From a virus (Duplodnaviria; Caudoviricetes), in IMG/VR virus record IMGVR_UViG_3300033121_000493, positions 1 to 64,000 of that record: a stretch of 64,000 nt of DNA; one strand, written 5' to 3'. The notes under the pieces were generated by a model. It did no database searches. It saw only the letters and a program-made list of their open reading frames with translations, and was not told the origin of the DNA. The translations under genes were made by a program, and so were the position numbers. This document shows, one piece after another, positions 47,404 through 57,399 of the stretch. Each line of letters begins with the position of its first letter. The stretch's first letter is position 1.

Positions 47404-48275
47404 AAATTTGCGTCATGCGCCATTGACGTAAACCAATCATACAGCCTATCAAACTCAAGAAAGGCAGAAAACACGATACTATACATGGCACTAGCCGTGC
47501 CGTTGCCAAACACAGCTGCATGAACAGCGTCTGGGCTACTATCTGCTACTGCTATATATTTGGTAGTTGTGTTGTTAGTTTCTATGGAGTCAATAGCATT
47601 AGCACACATATACTTTTGGGCTAGAGCCGTAGCGTCAGCCGCACCAAGCTTATCTTTACCTGCTACCAACAATTCGCGTATGTGCTCAATAATCTTTGTC
47701 GTCTCGTCGATAGTTCTGGATCTGAGAGTTACTTTGACGGAACCATTGAACATTTCATACGTCTTGTAGAACCTACTACCTGGCGCGAATACATGGCGCA
47801 CAAACGCCAACTTGTCATCTTCTGTATATGGCGGCTCTTTGAATTGGTTACGTATGTCATACTTACAATGGTCGCATACAACAGGAAAGCTGCATGACTT
47901 AATAACTGTTGTAACTTGGCTTGGATTAAGATTGGTTAAATCCGTGCCACTTACAGTGTTAGGAGGATCTAGCGGCTTACCTATTTGTAGGCTTGGGTCT
48001 ACGTTGGTCTCGCTGCCGTGTACTTCTTGTTTAACAGCTTCCAGCTTACTGGCAATACCATCAGGATCATCCACCAACTCATCTATAGGAATAATGTTGG
48101 TTACTTTGTCTGGCGTAATCTTCTCTACGGCTTCATCTGTCAATTTGCCGTCAGGGCCAATTAATCCTTGGTAGCGCGCTACAGCGATCTCATACTCTGT
48201 TAGGCGTACGTCTTTATTAGCAAACTTACCCTTCATTGACGGGCAGCTCTTAATCTGTTCTTCTGTAAAACTCAC
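47373..48275 (-). CDS. Tail assembly chaperone (G portion)
   Basis: Upstream of tape measure; ends just past the slippery site (...DANF). Confidence 0.75.
   Translation of the reverse strand: MSFTEEQIKSCPSMKGKFANKDVRLTEYEIAVARYQGLIGPDGKLTDEAVEKITPDKVTNIIPIDELVDDPDGIASKLEAVKQEVHGSETNVDPSLQIGKPLDPPNTVSGTDLTNLNPSQVTTVIKSCSFPVVCDHCKYDIRNQFKEPPYTEDDKLAFVRHVFAPGSRFYKTYEMFNGSVKVTLRSRTIDETTKIIEHIRELLVAGKDKLGAADATALAQKYMCANAIDSIETNNTTTKYIAVADSSPDAVHAAVFGNGTASAMYSIVFSAFLEFDRLYDWFTSMAHDANFWAAAAGHTS
47403..47409 (-). promoter_or_regulatory. -1 programmed ribosomal frameshift site A AAU UUU
   Basis: Codons GCA AAT TTT TGG give an X XXY YYZ heptamer; -1 frame continues TTG GGC AGC; stem-loop 6 nt downstream. 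Confidence 0.8.
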
Positions 48276-51040
48276 TTGTTCACCTTTCTTTGCAACGTGA
48301 CGTTATATCCGTCCTTCATATTCACAAACTTAGTCTTAGCCGGGCGAGTAACTGTCGTATCAAATGCTGTGCCTGTCACATGATCATAATTCTGCTGTTC
48401 CACAATAGTCATACTACTGGCGTTTACCCACGTGTCATAGCCAGGATACGGCATAGTTTTACGTATATCAGTTTCCTCCCACACAGCTGTAGACAAATCA
48501 TATGCTTTATTAGTCTCTTGCCAACGTGACTCGTACCATACAAAATCTTTATTAGTCCCATACTCTGTTGGCACACGGAATGAGAATGACGCGTTCTTAA
48601 CAATATCCGTGCTGGCGTATTGGCTGCCGTCGCCATATAGAGAGAAAATAATGTCTGTGACTATACTGTTATCTTCTAGTCTTTGCGACTGCAATGTAGA
48701 TTTAACTCTAACTTTATCACTATCCAACTGATCTTTACCTTGTGGCGGCTGTGCGGGTGGCGTTTGGTCTTTAGCTCTAAAGTCATCAGCTGTCTTGCCA
48801 ATAAACCCGTTGTTGTCATCAGACGCTATAGCTCGGCAAATAATAGAGCCAGCAAATATAGCCGAACCGCCTGTTTGCATATTGTGTTGAACAACCAAAC
48901 TACCACCAGCTAAAACAGACTCATCAAATATACCGTTCTTTGTTGCCAACACAGATCCATCTACATACAGATCGCCAAGTACTTCAACAGCTGTATTAAA
49001 GTCTTCATGCCCAAACGCAATTACAGATGCCCCAATAGTGGCGTAGTTAAGAGACTTACCGCCCAACACAAACTCATTAGGCCTAAAGTCCAATGACGCC
49101 GTATTCTCATCATTATTACCCGACGACCCAGTTATCACTTGGAAACTTCTGCTACATCTATGTACAGCGTCACCACCGTGTAAGAATAGATCGCCACCGC
49201 CACCGCCAGCATCTATATGAAATTCACTATTTATCTCAGTGCCTTCTTTTACACCAGATCTAAGGTATGCATTTTTGGATAGCGTAACTATGTTGGAATC
49301 CTTAGCCGCGATTAAAACACCACGGCTTTGTACCTGCTCCCCAACATTACTCCAGTCTGGTTTAGTATCATTTGTGGATTGTGATTCTATTAGAACACCA
49401 CGCTCAACAGCCACAGCCATTAGATTGCCTTGGGCTTTTATGCGTACATCACCAGTGCTGGCAGATAGATCCATAGAGCTACCAGCCTTTAGCACAATAT
49501 CATTTGGTGCCCAAATATGCCCAGATCTACCAGGCTGCATAATCACATCCAACCTAGCTGCCAGGATTATATTTCCATTCTCCATACGTATCTGTGAGCC
49601 AAAAGCATCCTCGATAAGAATGCTGCCATTATCCGACATCTTTATACAAGAGCGCCCACAGTAATATTTAACTTCTTGTTGTCTGTGATCTACTTTGATA
49701 GAACTGTGTTTTGGCATAGGCATCCAAAACGACGTAGGATCAAACTTCTTCTCTGGCTCATACCGAGCTTTATCCAACTTAAGCGTATGCATGTTGGAAT
49801 ATTCACTGGGTATAAACCAATCTCTCGTATGTCGTATAAACGGCATGTTTCTATACACGCTATACATAGCTGCGTGCATTTCCCAAGCCAACATAGCTGT
49901 TGAGCCTGGTTCATTAATTTCATATTCAGTTACGTCGTGTGTATCGCCAGATCCAAAAGTTCCAGCTGCTTTGTAATTTTGGTCATTATCCCCTGTTGGG
50001 TCATCAGGCAGCTTACGCTCAACAGGCAACCGTATACCCACTGACTTTTCAAGTACTATTTCTTTAGCAGCCCTTACAAAATATCCACCCCTGGAATCAT
50101 ACCCAACATCCAACACGCCAGGTTGTTTAGCTGCTCCATATGTATTTACTGCGCCTGTAATAGTGTCGTCATTGACTAAACCAACAAACGTTCTATTTAG
50201 ATTACCCAGATAGCCCTTAAACTCTTTTACTCTCCACAGACCATCCTGATCATCACGTACTGGCTCTCTAGCCGCTTTATCCGTATCCGTCGAGTTGCTA
50301 AATGTCTCTTTAGTAAAATCAGAAGACGACCTAACAACACCCCTCGTCTCCCACGGATAACAGCTCCACTTATACGTTTCGTTATATTCTCCCTCATCAT
50401 CCACATATCTATCTTCCCTACCAGCCGTATCTATTTCCATGTTGTAGCCGGTAAGTCTTAATAAATTATCTGCCCAAAAAGCCTCCACGCCACAAAAATG
50501 ACTGGCTCTAAGCCACGCCATCATTTTGCCTATACCATAAGAAACACCAAGCTCATTAATAACTCCATGATCACCAGGCAACTCATCACATGGTCTACCG
50601 TGTGTAAAAGCAGGTAATACATTCTTACCCCCTTTACTCTCAGTCATCATTTGGTGAACACGGTCAAAGAAATAGCCAGAATTACACCCAGGCACAATCC
50701 AATCAGGTTGTAGATTGAATTTAGGAGAGTGTGCTACTTCAGGAATACCATTAATAACAAAACAGAAATGGCTATTAGCAGGCTGATAGCACAACACTTT
50801 ACTGTGTATAGGATAAGCAGCACCTATATTACGTGCACCAATAATCCCATTTCCTATATTCGAAATAGGAATACCCTGCATAACTCCTTTAAGTGTTCCA
50901 CCCACATGCACAACACCTAAATGAGCAACATTATCTATCACTTCACCTATAAATAAAGAACCAGACGGTAATCCAATAACAGGATTTTGAACTCTATCTG
51001 CTGCTTCTGCTTTTACTAATTCTGGTATTCTGCCTAGCAT
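48272..51040 (-). CDS. gp5/VgrG-like baseplate spike protein
   Basis: N-terminal OB-fold-like region (P..S.VL), beta-helix-type repeats (I.M..NGSI.IED.FGSQI.M.NGNI); start reassigned to MLGRI (51040) behind GGAG. Confidence 0.65.
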   Translation of the reverse strand: MLGRIPELVKAEAADRVQNPVIGLPSGSLFIGEVIDNVAHLGVVHVGGTLKGVMQGIPISNIGNGIIGARNIGAAYPIHSKVLCYQPANSHFCFVINGIPEVAHSPKFNLQPDWIVPGCNSGYFFDRVHQMMTESKGGKNVLPAFTHGRPCDELPGDHGVINELGVSYGIGKMMAWLRASHFCGVEAFWADNLLRLTGYNMEIDTAGREDRYVDDEGEYNETYKWSCYPWETRGVVRSSSDFTKETFSNSTDTDKAAREPVRDDQDGLWRVKEFKGYLGNLNRTFVGLVNDDTITGAVNTYGAAKQPGVLDVGYDSRGGYFVRAAKEIVLEKSVGIRLPVERKLPDDPTGDNDQNYKAAGTFGSGDTHDVTEYEINEPGSTAMLAWEMHAAMYSVYRNMPFIRHTRDWFIPSEYSNMHTLKLDKARYEPEKKFDPTSFWMPMPKHSSIKVDHRQQEVKYYCGRSCIKMSDNGSILIEDAFGSQIRMENGNIILAARLDVIMQPGRSGHIWAPNDIVLKAGSSMDLSASTGDVRIKAQGNLMAVAVERGVLIESQSTNDTKPDWSNVGEQVQSRGVLIAAKDSNIVTLSKNAYLRSGVKEGTEINSEFHIDAGGGGGDLFLHGGDAVHRCSRSFQVITGSSGNNDENTASLDFRPNEFVLGGKSLNYATIGASVIAFGHEDFNTAVEVLGDLYVDGSVLATKNGIFDESVLAGGSLVVQHNMQTGGSAIFAGSIICRAIASDDNNGFIGKTADDFRAKDQTPPAQPPQGKDQLDSDKVRVKSTLQSQRLEDNSIVTDIIFSLYGDGSQYASTDIVKNASFSFRVPTEYGTNKDFVWYESRWQETNKAYDLSTAVWEETDIRKTMPYPGYDTWVNASSMTIVEQQNYDHVTGTAFDTTVTRPAKTKFVNMKDGYNVTLQRKVNK

Positions 51041-51051
51041 GTTGTCTCCAC

Positions 51052-51088
51052 AAAAAATGGGTGGCATAACTTTACGCTATACCACCCA
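51052..51088 (-). terminator. Rho-independent terminator after the tail tube gene
   Basis: Minus strand TGGGTGGTATA-GCGTAAAGT-TATGCCACCCA-TTTTTT. Confidence 0.85.
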
Positions 51089-51117
51089 CCGATCGCAAGG
51101 TGTTGAGCAAGTTTATT

Positions 51118-51615
51118 TTACGAACCTGTAGTGTTTCCACCATAGCTCGCCGAAGCGAAGATAAATGCCATGTTGTTACTGACAAGATAATCAGCAACAC
51201 TCATAGACACACTGGCAGATACCAAAACAGGTTGCGAAAAAGAGATAGACCCACCTTGCTTTTGGCACAGGCCTGTTTGGCCTTTACCTTCAATACTAAC
51301 CGTAATGTTCTTACCAGTTTCGGCAGAACACACATCGCCGTATTGCTGGGTGAAATCTACCATACCACCCAAATCTGTAATAACATTGCTTATTGTCATC
51401 TGGCCCTGTGGACGAGCAGCCACATAAGCCTGATAATCAGCATTCTCCAAATCAAACAATCTGGATACTTGCTGGGCGTAGTTAAATCCAATTTGCTGGA
51501 CCAACATAAACGTGTTATCACGTCCAGAGATAGCAATTTGGAAATTATCAGCGCTATAAGCTCTACGCACGCTTTGTGGTCTGCGTCCTAGAATATCATT
51601 AGCTGAACTTGGCAT
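51118..51615 (-). CDS. Tail tube protein
   Basis: 165 aa directly after sheath; LVQQI.FNY.QQV.RLFDL.....AYV..RP.G.M. Confidence 0.8.
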   Translation of the reverse strand: MPSSANDILGRRPQSVRRAYSADNFQIAISGRDNTFMLVQQIGFNYAQQVSRLFDLENADYQAYVAARPQGQMTISNVITDLGGMVDFTQQYGDVCSAETGKNITVSIEGKGQTGLCQKQGGSISFSQPVLVSASVSMSVADYLVSNNMAFIFASASYGGNTTGS

Positions 51616-51635
51616 GTTTTATCCCCTTTTTAAAC

Positions 51636-54428
51636 TTACGCCACAAGCGTTAGATCAATCACATTCAACGGATATGGGATCGTCAACGCTATGTTAATTA
51701 CAACTTGATCAGGATTTACGCTGTGGGCGCGTAGTTCTGTAATCTCAGCTGAAATTAACTGTGGGCCTAAATTAGGCGTAACACCTTGTGATTTTAGATA
51801 ATCGATCGATCCGAATATCTGACGTCTTAGCAGTACAAACAATCTTGGCTGAACATTAGCTCTACCAATATATGGCTTAAGCTGGTTGTAGAACGTATAG
51901 CTGATAGAGTCAACATTCTTCGTAACCATCAACTCGCGTGTATTAACATCTGTGCCCAGTGTGCTGAGCTCGTGACGCGAGTAGATAACACCAGTCGTCG
52001 GCTCTTGAGCAAGAATCCACACACCAGACTCTGCCATCGTATTCAGCTGATCAGACGAGAAGTATTGAGTGGTGCGGCTTACTTCGCTGAATCCACCAAT
52101 CTCTACATTCGTCAAACCTTGCTGTGGTACAACGCCAGAAACCAAACCAGCCAACGCAGCACAGGCAAAGTAACCTGGGATCTGGATACCAGCGCCGTCT
52201 TCAATAACATCTGGCCACACATAGAAAACTCTTCGGCTGGCAAAGCTGGCAGCCTTGGTTCCATATAGAGCAGCCTCTTCGTCCTTAGTAAGGCTACGTT
52301 GGATAGAGAACTTACGAGCTACGTTAATAGCCGCTGATGGACCAGATAGCAGCTTAAGGCGTTGATTAGATACAACACTATCAACAACATACTCATCATA
52401 CGACGAGTTACCAAAGCCATCGCCAGCGTAGTTGATTCTAAATATGTCACCAGCACGTACGCCTAGGTCATTAAAGCCACCACCAAATGGAGGCGTCCAG
52501 TCTACTAGTGTGTACTGCGTGCCAGAAGCATCTGGGTCATCAGTTACCGTGGCTACCAGATCATCTTCCGTATACTCTGTCGTACCGCCCAGTGGGTATA
52601 CCTCACCAAGATCCAACAGAGGATCAACCGAGCTCGACAGACCATTCAGGAACGTAATACGCCACTTATTAACTTCTGGAGCTGACATATTAGCTACGTG
52701 GCCAGCTACAGTATTCTGAATAGTTGCATCGCGCGTAAGAGGCACAATCGTATATACATCATCTCTTAGACTCGCTTTATCCAAAGCTGTGCTATAACCA
52801 GCATTGTCATTAGTAGGCACAGCCATAAACAACACTTCTGCACCAGCAGAATTACGCAGGGCATACCACACACCAAGCGCCAGTGGGTTATCCGTGGTTA
52901 CTGGACCTAGGGTGCTTTCAACGTCATCTATATTAGTAAGGCTGTGGATCGACGTAGCGTACGTCTGTAGCAAGCTTCTATACGTAACGTATACGATGCT
53001 CCACAGACCGCCTGAATCAGCACCAAGAGTAAGGACGCGCTTGTTGCCGCTGTTATCAAGGAATTCACTGTCATAAACAGTTACACCAGACTTCAGCGTA
53101 ATCTGCGTAGTACCCTGGTCCCAATTAGTATTAGGCGGATTAGTAACTCTGTCGGACGGCAGGCTGATTGTCTTCTTAACGTATAGCTCCAGATTCAAAT
53201 CTGCGCCGAAGAACGCCGAAGACGAATTCAAATTCTGCCCAACAGCCTGTAGCTCAGCAGGGAGGTTGTCAGCCAGGACCAAAGTTCTATACGCTTGCTC
53301 AGTCTTACCCGTGCAGGCAATATACCACTTTTCACCTTTAATGAGCTTAAGAGTTCCACCCGGCTCGTTGAAGTTGACAGTCACTCCCTTACTACCTATA
53401 GCTACGTCAGATAGCTCAGTAACTATATGTGGGCCGCTGATATCAATACCGTTCGTAGTGGAAATCGAAATTTCTGCAGACGTCGACGTACCGCCTTTTG
53501 TCACCTCAACAATATATGTAGTGTTGCTGTTACTAACAAAGCTACCACCGGCTGTAACCGTTGGCACAACGTAGTGAGTACGACAAGTTAGAACAAACTT
53601 GTCTCCCACATTCCACTCGCCGCTACCGCTCCAGTTAAACGTTGTACCGCGTGTGCCAATTGTTTGACCGCTGGCTGTCAGAGCTACATCTACGGCGTCA
53701 TCAGTACCGCTAGCGCTCGTCACTTTCGCTAAGCCGCCCACGCCGCTAACAGAAGCTGTAGTCACTTCAATAGTGTACGTCTCTGTTACGTGGCCAGACG
53801 CCAAACCGTTGTATGTGCTGGCTGTCGTAGCACCAATAGCGTTTGACCCTATCGAACGTGAACCGCCGCCTGTACCAGTATTGGATACGGCAGGGTTACC
53901 GCCTGATACGCCACCACTGTTATCTACGTCAGAGGCTGGCGACGTATCAATCGACGTAGACGATAGATCAGGAACAAGGTCTACGATACGCGACCACAGG
54001 TGATACGTAGTGCCGTCTACGTTAGCGTACACGTGGGCAATATCACCCACCTTTACATCGCGGTCATAAAAACCAGCGCTGCGGTCATAGCCATTGGCTG
54101 TTTTGAACACAACGCTGTTGGCGCGAATACGGTTGGGCTTGTAGTGGACAGCAGAAATATCATCTGCGCCACCAGACGCATTGCTGTAATACTTAAGCAA
54201 CGCATCTTTAACAGTAACACTGGTAAAGGTTTGGTCTACGACTCCACCAGCTGGACGGCCTGGCCAGTTGTAGGCAGCATCGCTAAGTGGGTTATACTGC
54301 CCAAGCTTACTTTGCGTTACAACATTGAAGTGTGGACCAACGACAAAAGCCCGCAGCGGATTAGCCACCGCAGCAGGTGTCGCAGCAAATTCTTGATGTA
54401 CTTTAACTTGTGGGACAGTATATGCCAT
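51636..54428 (-). CDS. Tail sheath protein
   Basis: P.V.V.QEF N-terminus; C-terminal PGYF.CAALAG..SG..PQQGLTN..I.GF...RH.LST...RE....KN.D...YIGR.N...PYPLN.I.L. Confidence 0.92.
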   Translation of the reverse strand: MAYTVPQVKVHQEFAATPAAVANPLRAFVVGPHFNVVTQSKLGQYNPLSDAAYNWPGRPAGGVVDQTFTSVTVKDALLKYYSNASGGADDISAVHYKPNRIRANSVVFKTANGYDRSAGFYDRDVKVGDIAHVYANVDGTTYHLWSRIVDLVPDLSSTSIDTSPASDVDNSGGVSGGNPAVSNTGTGGGSRSIGSNAIGATTASTYNGLASGHVTETYTIEVTTASVSGVGGLAKVTSASGTDDAVDVALTASGQTIGTRGTTFNWSGSGEWNVGDKFVLTCRTHYVVPTVTAGGSFVSNSNTTYIVEVTKGGTSTSAEISISTTNGIDISGPHIVTELSDVAIGSKGVTVNFNEPGGTLKLIKGEKWYIACTGKTEQAYRTLVLADNLPAELQAVGQNLNSSSAFFGADLNLELYVKKTISLPSDRVTNPPNTNWDQGTTQITLKSGVTVYDSEFLDNSGNKRVLTLGADSGGLWSIVYVTYRSLLQTYATSIHSLTNIDDVESTLGPVTTDNPLALGVWYALRNSAGAEVLFMAVPTNDNAGYSTALDKASLRDDVYTIVPLTRDATIQNTVAGHVANMSAPEVNKWRITFLNGLSSSVDPLLDLGEVYPLGGTTEYTEDDLVATVTDDPDASGTQYTLVDWTPPFGGGFNDLGVRAGDIFRINYAGDGFGNSSYDEYVVDSVVSNQRLKLLSGPSAAINVARKFSIQRSLTKDEEAALYGTKAASFASRRVFYVWPDVIEDGAGIQIPGYFACAALAGLVSGVVPQQGLTNVEIGGFSEVSRTTQYFSSDQLNTMAESGVWILAQEPTTGVIYSRHELSTLGTDVNTRELMVTKNVDSISYTFYNQLKPYIGRANVQPRLFVLLRRQIFGSIDYLKSQGVTPNLGPQLISAEITELRAHSVNPDQVVINIALTIPYPLNVIDLTLVA

Positions 54429-54441
54429 GACAAATCCTCAT

Positions 54442-55086
54442 TTATATTTTAGTGCCAAAAGCAAACCGCTTTAAGAACGGCCCTTCCGACTCTACTAACC
54501 ACGCTTCTGCATAGCGGTAGGCCAAGGTTATTGGAACGCCGAAATAGCCCGACGCTTCTTCCACCGAGAATATCTCGCCAATCGTAGTCAAGTTGAACTT
54601 TGAAAACCCAAGCTCCTGACGTATTGCCTGACCAAATTGTACAAGTTTTGTAGCTATCTCTCCCGCGAGTATCTCGGCCTCTCCCGGTATCATGGATAAA
54701 GCAAATATCGTATGACTGCCTGCACAACTTAATTGCATCTCCGTTTGGCCAGTCAAAGGTAACGTATCGTCGTCAAGATCCGTCACTGTGGCAGCTCCAT
54801 CACCAATAGCTACAGATTCATAGTTCAGTGCGTTTCGTTTAACAAGTATGGCAGGCCGTTTCTCACCGGTTTGTATTTTCCATTGCCACACATGTTGCAA
54901 CAAAATTTTACTTAGCTTGACGTCATTATTCCAAATATAGCCTTTTAATTGTGGATGCTGCACACTATCTGGATTGCTAAAATGAAACTGCAATATACCC
55001 ATTACTGCGCCTGTTAGACCTAAAGCTTGCTTGTCTACAGAGCACAAAGTACTTAGCTGGTCATCTACGTCGAATGGTCCATCCAC
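54442..55086 (-). CDS. Tail terminator/completion protein
   Basis: KRPAILVKR motif; directly upstream of sheath. Confidence 0.6.
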   Translation of the reverse strand: MDGPFDVDDQLSTLCSVDKQALGLTGAVMGILQFHFSNPDSVQHPQLKGYIWNNDVKLSKILLQHVWQWKIQTGEKRPAILVKRNALNYESVAIGDGAATVTDLDDDTLPLTGQTEMQLSCAGSHTIFALSMIPGEAEILAGEIATKLVQFGQAIRQELGFSKFNLTTIGEIFSVEEASGYFGVPITLAYRYAEAWLVESEGPFLKRFAFGTKI

Positions 55087-55225
55087 GATTTATCTCCGTG
55101 TCTTTACTAAGCATCTTATTGATGTCTTCTAGTGTAGGCGCAGGAAAATTAACCAAGCTTAAAGAAGGTATTAGCTTCTTTTTTTTAGGCGTCAGAGATT
55201 TCTTTGGTGCGCTTTCTTCTAGCAC
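55061..55225 (-). CDS. 54-aa basic peptide (absent from the ORF track)
   Basis: GTG start; MLEESAPKKSLTPKKKKLIPSLSLVNFPAPTLEDINKMLSKDTEINRGWTIRRR; fills the gap. Confidence 0.45.
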   Translation of the reverse strand: MLEESAPKKSLTPKKKKLIPSLSLVNFPAPTLEDINKMLSKDTEINRGWTIRRR

Positions 55226-55449
55226 AGTTCGTCCTTTGTCACTTCTATAAACGCTGGAGCTACTTCGGTCGCTTCTACAGCTACAGACTCGTATGCCAGC
55301 AACCTACCAGTGATACGCACGGGACGGTTATTGTCTACTTCATTTAGATCAGTTGTAAACATCTTTAGATCAGTTATTTCCAGCTGCGTCTCTACGCCAT
55401 CTGGAGCTACGATAATAACACTATAGATTTCTGGGCTGGTCTGGTCCAT
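55219..55449 (-). CDS. Small acidic hypothetical protein
   Basis: AGGA SD; packed. Confidence 0.65.
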   Translation of the reverse strand: MDQTSPEIYSVIIVAPDGVETQLEITDLKMFTTDLNEVDNNRPVRITGRLLAYESVAVEATEVAPAFIEVTKDELC

Positions 55450-55459
55450 TGTAATTTCC

Positions 55460-56302
55460 TTAACTGCTAGACGACTCGTCCGTAAGAGGCACGTTATAAA
55501 CAGAGTTATCCGGCTCTATGAGCTTTAGCTCTACCATCCATACAAGGGGTTTTCCTCTAACAGATGCCATCTCTTTCTTACCTTGTATAAACCACCGTTC
55601 GCCTGTCTCTGGAGCTACCCACACATCTCGTGATGTTAGATATGGGCAAGCTACGCCTTTCGCGTATATAGATCTGTCTGCAATAGTTCCTCTAGGCTCA
55701 ACGACAGTTTCTTTATGCTCACGTGGGGCTAGCTCAAGTAACAAAGGCATCGCCGGATAATAACCACCGACAAAACCAGTACCGTAACACACAGTACAGT
55801 TACTGTTTGTCGGCTCGCCAGTACCAAAATCTATGCAGTTAGTACACTCCGTTCCCCACGTTTTTCTGATCAGCAATTTTCCTTGGCTACCTACATATCT
55901 ATTCAATAGCATGAACTCTCTACGTACTATTTCTTTAGCTAGCAAATAGTCGTGTCTATTTAAGCTTCCAGTGCCTTCGACGTATGAGCTGTAGTACATG
56001 TTGGTATCTACTACAAGCTTAACTCTATACACGCTGTGCTTTGTTTTAGAGTAGATACGCCGCGCTGAATCCACTAATAAGTTTCCAGCAGTAGGGCCAG
56101 CAACTTGAATGAATGTAGCTGTGGGACTTTCAGCCCACTCTAAATAGAATTGAGGCGTAGTATTAAACTTCATGTAACGACGATCAATTTTCCAGGATAC
56201 TACAGAACCTCCCAATATGTCTACGTCAACAAGAACACGTTCAAACACACGATCGTGTTCATTAACACCTATTGGTTGTTTTGTAAGCCCGCCTGATGCC
56301 AT
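55460..56302 (-). CDS. Neck/head-closure protein with zinc ribbon
   Basis: G.ECTNC.D......NCTVCYGTGFVGGY; synteny; C-terminal DESSSS. Confidence 0.65.
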   Translation of the reverse strand: MASGGLTKQPIGVNEHDRVFERVLVDVDILGGSVVSWKIDRRYMKFNTTPQFYLEWAESPTATFIQVAGPTAGNLLVDSARRIYSKTKHSVYRVKLVVDTNMYYSSYVEGTGSLNRHDYLLAKEIVRREFMLLNRYVGSQGKLLIRKTWGTECTNCIDFGTGEPTNSNCTVCYGTGFVGGYYPAMPLLLELAPREHKETVVEPRGTIADRSIYAKGVACPYLTSRDVWVAPETGERWFIQGKKEMASVRGKPLVWMVELKLIEPDNSVYNVPLTDESSSS

Positions 56303-56304
56303 TG

Positions 56305-56484
56305 TTAAAGCCCTGGTTTTTGAACTTCCATTGTGTTAGTAGCAAGCTCTTTACTTTCCTGCCGCTGCTTTCGCTTTAACATAAAGCGTCTGTATTTTTC
56401 AGCGGCAGCTTGCTCTGGTGTCATTAGATCAGCTTTCTTCTCTTCGTGCGTAGCTATATAGCGACCATAATCAAACGGGTTCAT
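56305..56484 (-). CDS. 59-aa peptide (absent from the ORF track)
   Basis: MNPFDYGRYIATHEEKKADLMTPEQAAAEKYRRFMLKRKQRQESKELATNTMEVQKPGL; abuts both neighbours. Confidence 0.7.
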   Translation of the reverse strand: MNPFDYGRYIATHEEKKADLMTPEQAAAEKYRRFMLKRKQRQESKELATNTMEVQKPGL

Positions 56485-57348
56485 TTACCACATCCTCCAT
56501 CTATATGCGGATCTGCCAACAGACTTGAATCCGGCTTTCATATTCATACCGATTCTAGTTTGTTGCGCCCATAGTCTATACTGCTCTTCCAATCTGATAC
56601 CAATTTCAGCGTACTCTCTTGCTTTCTCTTGATCAGCAATAGTAACGCCACCACTAGAGTATTGTAGCGCGTTACGTCTGTATCTAAAAGCTATCATCTG
56701 CAGAAGAATACCAACTGTACCATTTATCCAATTAGCTCTATACGGAAAATTGTTATACGCATATGCGCCAACAGGCGGTGGCATTTCATTGTACATATCA
56801 ACAGCTTTTCGCATAGCGTGTACTATCTCATTGTCAGTAAACTCTAGTTCATCCAACAAGTAGTTGGCCCCTGGGCATACGTCCATGAGCTCCATTCTTA
56901 CTTCTGGCACTGTCAACGTAGCGTTCGAGTCCAGTGCGCTGAAGTTGTTTGGCATTATTTCCAAATATACTAGCTGCTGGAATACTAACTTATCACCTCT
57001 GAATATACCGATAGATCCTGTAAACATCCCAGAGTTGGTTGTTTCTGCTGTAGTGAACTTTATTTCTACCGTGCCCTCAGTGCCGTCTATGATAGTGCAG
57101 TCAATTGTGAATATGTTCTGTGACCCTAGCGTATTAGCAACTGCAAATTTAACTGATACTGTGTTGTCTGCTGACGATGAAGACCCAAGCCCATCAACAT
57201 CTGCACCTATTGAAGTTATGTCTATAGCTTCATTATCGTCATTTTTTATCTGATACTGGTACAGCACTGTTTGGCCCTGTGACAACCGTACAACAGGCGT
57301 GCCAGCATTACACGATGTTCTGTAGTATTGGCTATTGTCGAAAGGCAT
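56485..57348 (-). CDS. Head-tail adaptor with N-terminal BppU-like beta-sandwich
   Basis: VR..L.D....N.LLD..EF.D.EI...YN..PP...RN.LQYS.GG.TI; start reassigned to MPFDN (57348) behind GGAG. Confidence 0.6.
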   Translation of the reverse strand: MPFDNSQYYRTSCNAGTPVVRLSQGQTVLYQYQIKNDDNEAIDITSIGADVDGLGSSSSADNTVSVKFAVANTLGSQNIFTIDCTIIDGTEGTVEIKFTTAETTNSGMFTGSIGIFRGDKLVFQQLVYLEIMPNNFSALDSNATLTVPEVRMELMDVCPGANYLLDELEFTDNEIVHAMRKAVDMYNEMPPPVGAYAYNNFPYRANWINGTVGILLQMIAFRYRRNALQYSSGGVTIADQEKAREYAEIGIRLEEQYRLWAQQTRIGMNMKAGFKSVGRSAYRWRMW

Positions 57349-57361
57349 ACGATTCTCCAAT

Positions 57362-57399
57362 AAAAAAGGGGCGGCGGTATCAATATACCAACCGCCCCT
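57362..57399 (-). terminator. Rho-independent terminator
   Basis: Minus strand GGGGCGG..GGTAT-ATTG-ATACC.CCGCCCC-TTTTTT. Confidence 0.85.

Noticed and set aside
33090-55086. Extracellular contractile injection system, tailocin or T6SS locus
   Set aside because: Contiguous with capsid, protease, scaffold and neck genes and typical phage accessory genes
55170-55195. PKKKK as a nuclear localisation signal; A-run as a frameshift site
   Set aside because: Bacteriophage context and no supporting evidence; likely compositional
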